64,000 nt of DNA. Origin: Octopus vulgaris. Lineage: Eukaryota. The stretch is taken from positions 122,636,001 through 122,700,000 of the forward strand of contig OX597816.1 of assembly GCA_951406725.2 (NCBI GenBank). Direction: 5' to 3'. Below the pieces are notes generated by a model that was not told where the DNA came from, searched no databases, and saw only the letters and a program-made list of their open reading frames with translations. Below are positions 53,807-64,000 of this stretch, piece by piece (position 1 is the first letter of the stretch; every line of letters begins with the position of its first letter). A program made the position numbers and the translations under genes.

Positions 53807-54908
53807 ATGTTTGCATTATCAACACATCCACGTTCAGTGGGAAAACACTCGATTCGTAATATTCGAGTCGAGTACAGGTTCCACCAGTCGAATTTTCTAT
53901 GGATGTTCGCTGCTATGATTTTGTTTTCTGTTTTCAAAAGCAATATTTCAGCTTTGAACAGCAATGAGTTTCTGGGTACATCAGCCCCAACCAGGCAAAT
54001 ACAGAATCGGTCAGCTATGTCATTCAATAACCTTTCTTCCTTTCCACATGCTACTCACACTTCACCATTGCATTCCTCATTAAACAGCAAAACTTTGACA
54101 ATTATTTTGCCAGACCCAGATTTCTGTAATCTGACGTTATTAGAAAAAATTAAAACCTGGACCAAAAACATGGCTAGTCAAATGCAATATACACTTTCAC
54201 CGTCCCCGACAGCTTCTGCTACGGATAAAATAGCAGCGAACTCTTCAAAATCATCTAAGATGGAAATTAAAAAGGCAACCCCAAAGTTTACTTTCAAATG
54301 GCACACATTCTGCGAGGTTCATGCAAACAACCAAGGAAGAGAAAATATAGATATTTTCGAAAGGCCAGATGTAGCCCTCTATAAGCTATTTGAAGATCCC
54401 GGAACTTGTATCGTGCTCAGCTTGCCAAAAAGACAAGAATTGCCACTAAGATATGTCGATCGTAACCAACATTGGCAAAACTTATATCCTCAACAGGATG
54501 AAAAATCTGGAAACAAAGAGGTTTTTGATATCTGGAGTATAGAAGACTTACGAGTTCCTCAGGAGGATTTTTACCACAATGTTCTAAGCTTAGCTCCTGT
54601 ATGGCAAAAACCTTATATCGCAGCTAATGGTGATGTTATCGTTCGGGATGTCAGAACCCCACATATTATCAGCTTGGTGCCTAAGATTTTACAAATAGTG
54701 AAGGCATTAAGTGTCATATTTGACCACTTCCATTGGCAACATCTAGTAATCATTAGTAACCAAGATGGATATTGGTTGGAGTTTGCCAGAAAAATGTTTG
54801 TAGAGCTTGTTTTACGCCACTTTTATGTAAAATCTTTCATATTTGAAACGGATAAATTACTAACCGCAACTGAGGGTCATGAAGAAAATATCACGAATTT
54901 GGACAAAG
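53807..54908 (+). CDS. first coding exon of a probable membrane receptor with ANF-receptor (type I periplasmic-binding fold) ectodomain, e.g. receptor guanylyl cyclase-like
   Basis: Non-repetitive 367-codon frame ending at a strong donor AAG|GTGAGT (phase 1); signal-like MFAAMILFSVFKSNISA; sequons NIS, NRS, NLS, NLT, NSS, NIT; ISLVPKILQIVKALSVIFDHFHWQHLVIISNQDGYW resembles the ANF_receptor segment (R..P....AL..L..HF.W..V.II...D.YW). Start could be the later Met near 53903. Confidence 0.7.
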
Positions 54909-56727
54909 GTGAGTTATCTTTAAATTCTTTATTACTCATCCTAATCACTAATCTATTTTAAATCTGTATTGAATCAATATTTGTGTCTATTACACATTTT
55001 GGCTGTACTTTATTAAAATTGACACATAAAGAATCTATTAGAAGTACCAGTAACTTAACTTCAAAGTTCTAAAACTATCTAATATTAGAGACATGTGCAA
55101 ACTATTAGCAAACAGGACTTGATGTAGGAACGGGCAAAAATTCATAAAATTTTCCAATAGTTCCTACATGTCCTTGCCTAAATCTGTAATCAATGATTCC
55201 CCGTCCGCTATCGTCGCGTGTTATTGTATACCCAGGTCTATTGTCATCCAATAAATTCTTCTTTTTGTTTTAAAACTGAAAAATATGTGAGTTAAGGGAG
55301 ATCTTTCTGCTGTTTTGTCATGTCGATTAACCAGTAGGCGTTTGTTTGTATACCTTTTTTATAATTAACGAACATCAAACGCACTAAAAGTAGCTTCTAC
55401 ATGATAACTTGGTTCACTGGAAATGACTACAAAGTATCCTTCAAATCTAACACTATCGTCATAAAGGAAAGAACACATTTGATACTATAATCTTAAACAC
55501 TTCTAAAAGAAAAAAATGGTCAAAGATGTGTTATAAGAGCTGCTTAGTCAGATCTGACCAGCTTGAGGTTAAACAACGACGACAATGAGAAATGGGCCAA
55601 TGAAGAAACCTCTACGTGGTCACTTGATCTGTTAGATGTAGCACTGGTGTCACAGATAGAAAACTAAAGAAAGAAATCTCCTTTGAGGGAGATTTCTTTC
55701 TTGTATCATACACCATCATCAAAAACAAAAGACACCTTAAATAAGTAGTTATAGATAGATTAGCCGTAAAAAGACGAAATGGTATTGGTTAGAATCTTCA
55801 ATCATAAATTTGTTCCATAAAAGTCTGTCTGGAGTTAACCAATAAAGATGACAGATACAAATATTAGATTTAGTTGGGTGGTTGGTTGGGTTCAAACAAG
55901 GAAAAATCAAATGAAATTCAAGTTATTGGAATGTGATTTATTTCAATAAACATTAAAATTGCAAGACCGTGAACTCTCTTAAGTCCAGTCCGTGAAACAC
56001 TGACAAATGGCGTGGGACATTATTAGAAATGAAGGAACTTTAGAGAGAGTTTGAAGTTTGAACAAGACTAAATGTCACCAAAATATTTGAAATGTATTAG
56101 TTAATGAAAACAACTATTACTTTTCAAAATAAAGTAAATTAACTGTCAAAACAACCGGAATACGAGCGTGTACACATATTCAAATATACACAAATATACA
56201 TACGCTCATACGTGCATTCACACGCGCGTAGTCATTCAAACTGCTAGAAATAGCATTCAAATCATCGTCAAATAGCACTCTACTTTTCTGAAAATGAAGA
56301 GGTGTATTGGATAAATAAGGGCTTACATACACAATGCCGGAGAAAACAACGTGACTGCCTTATCGGAAAGGTTTTTTTAAAAAATATTTTTATTCAAATC
56401 ATAAGTGTGCTCGGTTTGAACTGAATTGATCTGGCGCTTATCAATAACATCAACAACAACAATAATACAACTACAACGCAGTCATTAATATTGGATATAA
56501 TTTAAAACAGCTTTGACCGTTTTCTATTTCTACGATCTGATACTCTCTAACATAGGAGCATCACCACATTGATGTACATGTTGTTTAGAACCGTTATGGC
56601 TGTTCTTGTTTCGGCCTTGGTCAACCCTGACCGAACGGTTCCGTGATTAAAAGTACTCGAGCTGTGTTTATCCCATCGTTCTTCTTTTATTTCCTTTAAA
56701 AAAGTGTATCTATGTTATACTACTCAA

Positions 56728-57040
56728 CATGTGTGAAGGCGTGTGGCTAAGTGGTAAGGTGATTCGGCTCGCGATCGTAAGATTGAGAGTTCGATTCCCG
56801 ATGACGCGTTGTGTTCTTGAGCAAGACACTTTATTTCATGTTGCTTCAGCACGTTCAACCGGCAAAGATGAGTAGTATCATCCTTGTCACATTCTGTGTC
56901 ACGCCGAATCTCTATGGGAACTACATCAACGGTACGCGTGTCTGTGGAGTGCTCAAATACTTGCACGTTAATTTTACGAGCAGGATGTTCCGTTGATCAG
57001 ATCAAGTGGAACACTAGCCGTCGTAACTGACGGAGTACAA
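56728..57040 (+). mobile_element. tRNA-derived SINE (family C)
   Basis: GAAGGCGTGTGGCTAAGTGGTAAGG A box, GAGTTCGATTCCC B box, GTGTTCTTGAGCAAGACACTT CORE-like block. Confidence 0.8.
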
Positions 57041-57636
57041 GTTATTCAATGTCCTTTATTTTTAAAGCCGTAAAGTATAACTTGAAGATTTGGCTGCTGT
57101 TTCCAGTAGCTCGAGTGTCAAGCTAAAGGCTCAATTGTTTTATTGAAAAAGAAAACCAAATCACTGTTTACTATAAAAGCAAATATTTTCCTCCCATTAC
57201 ATATGAAAAAATATTTTATCATTTACACTATTCTTTTTTTTCCATTTTCAGCTTATTGTAGAGTTTCATTTTGTTCATAGAAAATGTATAAAACAAATAT
57301 AAGCATTGTATGGGAAAAAAAAGCATGCGAAATCTATCCTAGTATATCCGAGCATACAAGGAACCATAAAAAATAGATATATAAATAAATAAATAAATAA
57401 TGTCTAAATTCCAATAAAACAGAGTTACCATTTATACGAATACATACGTATTAATGTGTGTGTGTGTATTTATAACTTTTTAACATATAACATATAATCA
57501 TATCTATTGTGTGAGTATCTATATGCATGCATGTATGTATGTACGTATGTATGTATGTATGTATGTATGTATGTATGTATGTATGTATGCATGTATCTCT
57601 GTATGTACATATATACATGCATACATATATATATAT

Positions 57637-57685
<49 letters not shown>

Positions 57686-57693
<8 letters not shown>

Positions 57694-57800
57694 ATATATA
57701 TATATAAATATATATGTAAATATATATTTATATACATACATATATATAGATAGATATGTATATAAACATATATATATATATACACGTACCTATATGTCCT

Positions 57801-57851
<51 letters not shown>

Positions 57852-58005
57852 ACATATAGGTACGTGTATATATATATGTTTATATACATATAGGTACGTG
57901 TATATATATATATGTTTATATACATATCTATATATACATATCTATATATATGTATGTATATATATATATATATTTACATATATATTTATATATATATGCA
58001 TTGTA
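57686..58005. repeat. fold-back of degenerate TA-rich sequence
   Basis: TACAATGCAT..ACACGTACCTATATGTCCTTA is mirrored by TAAGGACATATAGGTACGTGT..ATGCATTGTA around a (TA)n centre. Confidence 0.75.
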
Positions 58006-58269
58006 TGTATATAGTTAGGTATGTATGTATTGAAATAATCTTCATGTCGATTTAAACGCTAACAAACGAAAAGTAGATAAATAAACAATACACAGACGCA
58101 TTAAAAATAATGTAAGTGGCATGTGTTGTAAATATTGCATGATTATATCTTATTTGAACATATATGTCTATGCATACTTACAAGCATACATACATATATA
58201 CATACATGCTATATATATATATATACATACATTCACATATATATATATTAATATATATACATATATGTA

Positions 58270-58294
58270 TATATGATATATGCATTCCTAGGTG

Positions 58295-58374
<80 letters not shown>

Positions 58375-58830
58375 TTCAGGATTAAATGAAAAGACAACAA
58401 ACCGGAGAAAATGACATATCTGTATATATATATAATTTTAAAAACGAGTGGTAAATAAACATACAAACATATACTAAATACACACACGAACAGAAAACAC
58501 AGTAGTTCACCAATTCCTCTTCAGTTATCGGCCAGAGGGTTAAGCGCAATTTCGTCCATTATCGATAATATCGCTTCCACTCTGAAGACACCGACAAGAA
58601 ACTGGGAATGGGACTAAAACATAGCAAAAGGAGGCGGATTCGAGACGAGACCGTTAGTGAAAGGACGTGGGACGAAAACAATAAACAGAATAAAGGCTTA
58701 AGTCCATACGAAAAGGCAGCGACTATCGTTTGTAGGAGACGACAAGGTATCATATTATGAACGAATAAAAAATCCACAGACATGAGATATTCCACTTCCA
58801 TATTTCATTCCAACTTGTTTTCCTCTTAAT
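58270..58830 (-). mobile_element. TA-abutting non-coding element (putative PLE end) with internal (TAA)n
   Basis: Same architecture as 16110 and 43885 elements; shares the GAAA-N25-CTGAAGA motif; limits approximate. Confidence 0.4.
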
Positions 58831-58844
58831 TATATGTTCTTCCT

Positions 58845-60038
58845 ATCTTGTTATCTGTCCTTGTTGAGAGCATTGAATTAAATGAAGTTCTCTTCTCTCT
58901 ATTTCCCTTGCCTTGATACTTTTGCTAACAACAAAACTGCATTCGCTCTGCGTCAGAATTGAAAACGTCCTGAACCAATCTGAACCAAGTCTAAGTGCTT
59001 TCCGATCAATGTACGTGGCACCCATCATATCTCGGTGTGTAAGTGAATAGAGGGTGTCATCAATTTCTGCTTCTACTTTCCACCTCCAGGCTGTTTTTAC
59101 ATCTGGCGAATTACGCCTGATTTCTGTATTCTTAGACCCTCTTAAAATCATCACTCACTGTTCGTGCCTTCTCTACTTTATAAATTTCGACGATTGCTGC
59201 CAGTGGTAATGCTTCAATGTCCGAAGTAGACCTAGTTATTTTCTAATGAAGACTTTGTATTTTGCTCTATGATTTGAACTCGTGATAGTGCCACCATGTA
59301 TATATTAACAGTGGCTACGAAAGGCAAACTGTAGACACCGCATTTCAAACTTGCCTTTGAGCCATCAGTTACTGTTAGTTCATCTTCAACTTGCTTCATA
59401 TCTGCAACCTGCGATCCTATTTGACATTGTTCCAGAGTATACACGCCCCAAGCTCTTAACAGGTTCTTCCTTGACTATTGGAATGCTTTCTCCTGATGTT
59501 TTAATTCCACTTCTTTCTTTTTTGCACTCCCATACTAAATGTCATGCTGAGCGACTTTTTGCCCTGGACCGCATCCTTGATCACTTTATAAGCTCGTCTA
59601 GACTTGAGAAGGCATTCTACATGATCCGTTATTCTACTGACAGAAATGTGAGGTCATCCATGAAAGTCTCCTTAGGTGATTGAATACGGACCATTTGTTC
59701 CGAAAAAGTCTGTCGCTTTCAAAATCTGTCCAGTAAGCGAAGGCGTCAACTGGCAACACTTGCATAAACCATGTGACAGATATTGTGCAGCCAGGAGCAA
59801 TGCCACTCGGGCGGTGCCAGCCTGTTGTGAAGTTACCAGATGTAAGTCTCATCACGAAGCTCATATTTCTTCATTAATTTTCTTACTTTCTCCGGTATGT
59901 GGAAGTGGTCTATGGCTCTCATCAGCAATTCGTGTAGCACTGACCCAAATGCATAAGCTAGATCAAGCCATACCACGTTCAAACTTGTTTTGTTGTTTGG
60001 CATCCTTGACTGCTTTCCAAATTGTAAGAGCATGTTCA
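58845..60038 (-). mobile_element. HERO/NeSL-like non-LTR retrotransposon RT fragment
   Basis: SLNVVWLDLAYAFGSVLHELL..FHIPEKV; FTTGWHR..GIAPGCTISVTWF; ETFMDDLT; PDVKTAWRWKV. Confidence 0.8.
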
Positions 60039-60040
60039 GC

Positions 60041-60090
<50 letters not shown>

Positions 60091-60499
60091 ATACCTTGTT
60101 AAATCTTACTAATACAGAGAGAAATGTGTTCGATTTAGGTGACGGTCAAGTTAACTCACTAGTAGTGCTTAATATTCTATACTATACCATTTTGTAGTGT
60201 TGAATATGAGAAATAGTTATAAAATTGTATAGTATTCTATAATAAAAACATGAAAATATATTGCATAAAGATATTTCACATTATAGAATGTAAAAATTGA
60301 GGCCGTAAAGTGTGACATGTGTTACATGAAATATGAATTTGATGAGGTTGAATTGTTAAAGGTGATAATTTGACATAAAAAGTTAGTAGAGATAATTGTT
60401 CCTCTGTAGCTTCCACCCACTTGTAAAAGTATGAGGTGACTGAGGGGTCACCTAGTCAATATGAAGTGGTGTTAATATCATCAACAGTTTTAGCAGCTG

Positions 60500-61990
60500 C
60501 AGCAGATTTGAGATTAATTGATTTGAAGAATGCAAATTCTTGTTAATGAATCCCCTAGAGTATCTATGGTGTTCATATTATGGTTAAACAGAAATTTCAG
60601 TTTGATATTTTAATATATGGTGTTATTAAGAGATTCAAGGAATCATTTTATAACAAGAGATGATAGAATATCTCTATCCTCAACGAGGATTATGTCTGAT
60701 AATTTTTTTTTCGGTCAATTCTTGATCTCCAGAGTTATATTCTGTTTTCTTACTAGGATCTGTTGCCGTCTATAACACCTGAAAATAATATACCTAGAAT
60801 CTTTGAAATTGATGATTACCTTCACATCGCGGAGAAGTACTTTTCCAGCATTGGTTACAGCGGTTGTATTTATTGCTTTCCATGAAGCCACAAAATTGAA
60901 TATTGCAGACCTAAGATTGTGGTTCATGTAACCAAGTATACTTTATCTTTGTGATTCTTCCTCAAGCGAATCCTTTTCTATCAATATGAACCCTTAGTTC
61001 GAATATTTTCGATGGTTATAATTACATCTTGATCCATTGGTTAGTTTGTAGTTGTAATATTAGGTGGTAAGAAAAGACACCTCAATTTATCATCATCATG
61101 GACATGCTTGGTGAACATGCCTCTAATCAAAAATTATTGGCACCTTGTGCTCATCAGCAGAAAGTTTGAGGATATTTTCCAGTAGTTTCGATGTGCAGGC
61201 TTAAAATGCCGGAAAAAAACATTACTAAAGATATAGAGGCTGAACCATGATTTTTTGGCGTATGATGTTTTTCAAAACTCACAACCGTACTAATCTTCCA
61301 CCACTGCAAACTCTGTTGAGTTAATACTGTCTTTATTCATACAGTACAACACCGAAAAATGTTCCTTAGTATATTTACGACTCGATGTGTAGGATTTATT
61401 CTTGAATATTTCGATTTTGTAGGGAAATTGCCAAAATACAACCCCGTTTCATCTCCATAACACACTTGGGAAGTTCAGAACACTTTACAGCTAATTATGA
61501 CGCCTAAAATATTTCTGGTTGGGTCGATTTACAGTGACTTATTGGTTATATGCTCACAAAGGGTAATTTTATTACAAGTTATTTGGCCATAAGTACTGGT
61601 CACTTGCTTTGAAATTTTGCTGATGATATGTCGAGTCATTTTGCCAGTCGTACTGGATTTCTACATCAAGGACATTGGTATCACAGGATCCTTGATGGAG
61701 AAACCAATCCATTACAGTCTCCGCAAGATTTGTATATTTTGTAACTCTGATATGCTTTCTTGCATTAACAGGTGATGATTTAGGGCTTGCTTTAATATAA
61801 TATTTCAAACAAACTGCCGTGAGGATTTTATGCTTGCTTTTGCTTATGCCCAAGACAGTTTGCTTTTTAACACCATACTCTTCTCAAACTTTCGTTACTG
61901 AACCACCATTCCTTAACTATCTTACTAATTCACGTTTATGATTCACAGATAGGGCCACATGCTTTGTCTTTAGACTAATACTGTTCATTG
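60500..61990 (-). mobile_element. Tigger/pogo (CENP-B/jerky-like) transposase relic
   Basis: Minus strand KTKHVALSVNHKRELVR..EYGVKKQTVLGISKSK (psq-type HTH), RKHIRVTKYTNLAETVMDWF, NFKASDQYLW, MDQDVI, AIFNFVASWKAI. Confidence 0.7.
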
Positions 61991-62476
61991 AAGCTATGAT
62001 GTAAAATACAAAAATGTAAATCGCCTAAAATGTGAAATATCTAAAATTTTAGGGTAACACCAATTGTATAATAGTGCGTCTGGTGGTATTTTCAGTGTTC
62101 CATGTGCTACTATACTGAAGGTAGTAGTCTTGCATAAGCATTACTCAAAAATAAAATTAAAACTTTAGATTATTTCGTTTTGGTCTCTATTTCTTGGTGT
62201 GTATCATTATATTTCAAAACAAATTAACACCAGAAAATTATAACAAAGAAACACTGCAGCGTAAAATCACACATTTCTGATGAAATGAAGATCTAGAAAA
62301 TATATTTAGTACGGATTGCACAATTCGAGCATTATTTTACACGTGCGAGATGACGTAATTAAATGATTTAGTAATTCATTAAGCTTCTTTCCATTTTTGT
62401 TACACGCTCACACATGCACATTCTCACACATACATACTTACATACATACATGCATACATACATACATGAGTATGTA

Positions 62477-62551
<75 letters not shown>

Positions 62552-63107
62552 GTATATATATATGTGTGTGTATATATATATATATATATGAAGTTTAATG
62601 GCCATCACTCTTCTTATCTGGAAGAAATCAACAAAATATTTCGTTTCTTCATTTGTAATAAAATTTTGTAGCTTCAGTTCAATCACGACGAACTCTATAC
62701 CATCCTTTAAATAAAATACCCAATGACGCATTTACATCAAACTGATCGTAATTTCTTATAAATATAATTATTATAAATATGCACTTTTATTCTGGAAAAT
62801 TAAGGACTTTAATTTTTTATTAACGTAATACCATAAATTTGCACTTAGATTTGTTGTTAAACAGGCGTTCTTTTTCTTATTTTAATGCGTATTTGGGAAC
62901 TTACATGTTTAATCATAAAAGTTGTGGAAAATTGCAAATATTGAACCACGAGGAAATTTTGTATGGTTTTAATGTCAGATTTTAAAAGTAACGTTATAAA
63001 CGGAAAGACGCTTACTTTTACTGCTATGCTTCTTTTATTTCTTCTAGGACGATACTAGCCATAAAGGTTACATACATACATGCATACATAATTGCACCCC
63101 CCCCCTC

Positions 63108-63150
<43 letters not shown>

Positions 63151-64000
63151 CAAGGGAGAGATATGCATGTAATTTATGTATTAATATTCAATAAGGTAGC
63201 TGAGTGTCGTTTTGTCTTCTTGTGGAATCTTTGCAAAAATATGTCCAGCCAAAGAAATAAAGACATTAGCAAGTAAGATATTAAACTACGATTTTCTTTT
63301 CCCAAATGGGCCCATTCATTAGTCTTTCTGATGAATTATAGTCCATCTAGCTGCTAAATTTGTTGCTGCAATAGACTCGAAATCTACCTCAAATGAGCAG
63401 ACCTGCAATCAAATGCCACCCAGGCATGACTAATCGGGGCTTGTTTCATGGATAATGTCTATAAGACTGCTGCAGTCTTTCAATTTATGATAGATGAGAT
63501 TTGAAGGAAATTTAGTTAATATTTCCAGGAGGTCGATCAGTTTTTGTAGAGAATCATTAGACAATGTCTCAAATGGAGAATCAAATTTCGTAATGAACAA
63601 CATCTATTTCATCACAGTGCGTCACCTTGTTGTATGACTTGAATCCAACTAACCTCTTTTCAAAGCTATTCACTGCAGCAAAAACTTGCTCTATTCTCTA
63701 CACTTTCTATACACAAAAGCGGGAATTCTCTGATTTACTAGAGCATATGAAATAATCAAAAATAACTACAAAAAAAACGAGAAACCTGTTTAACACCACC
63801 CATAATTGCATATTTCGTTAAAAAATTCTAAATATACACACAAACAACTGTATTGTCCACCTATTTCTTTTAGACATAAAGGCAGACACATTCACACCGA
63901 TTTCTGTGACCAACTACCACAATACAAATTTATCTTGAGGCTTTGTTCAAATTTTATTACGGAAGAAGATTCATATTGTACATCCAACTCTCATAGTGAA

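Noticed and set aside
57235-57300. Strong polypyrimidine acceptor (TTTTCAG at 57252) as exon 2 of the receptor
   Set aside because: Phase-1 continuation hits TAG after about 9 codons with no convincing donor
62270-62680. CTGATGA/GAAA words at ~62278 and ~62640
   Set aside because: Stems I and II cannot be paired
63030-63070. Acceptor TTCTTCTAG at 63047 as a receptor exon
   Set aside because: In-frame TAG after 3 codons in phase 1

Overview
AT-rich, microsatellite-dense animal genomic DNA; the SINE families and (TA)n/(TATG)n/(TATC)n load suggest octopus/cephalopod (inference, not verified). Most listed ORFs are microsatellite artefacts. The only convincing host coding segment is a large first coding exon (53807-54908, +) of a probable secreted-ectodomain receptor with an ANF-receptor-like fold, followed by intron to the window end. 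The rest is transposon debris: a near-complete Hsmar1-like mariner, a DD37E (TRT-like) Tc1 element with long IR/DR ends, a DD37D (maT) relic, a Tigger/pogo relic, a non-autonomous Helitron, R4/Dong-, HERO-, RTE- and CR1-like LINE fragments, and three tRNA-derived SINE families. The most striking unexplained signal is at least 10 clear, plus a few decayed, type I hammerhead-ribozyme motifs from about 8 unrelated sequence families. Most sit in short non-coding elements ending at or near (TA)n tracts, and several are folded back into long hairpins. This fits a dense, diverse population of Penelope-like-element (PLE) ends or retrozyme-like RNAs targeting (TA)n. All structures were read by eye and are untested.
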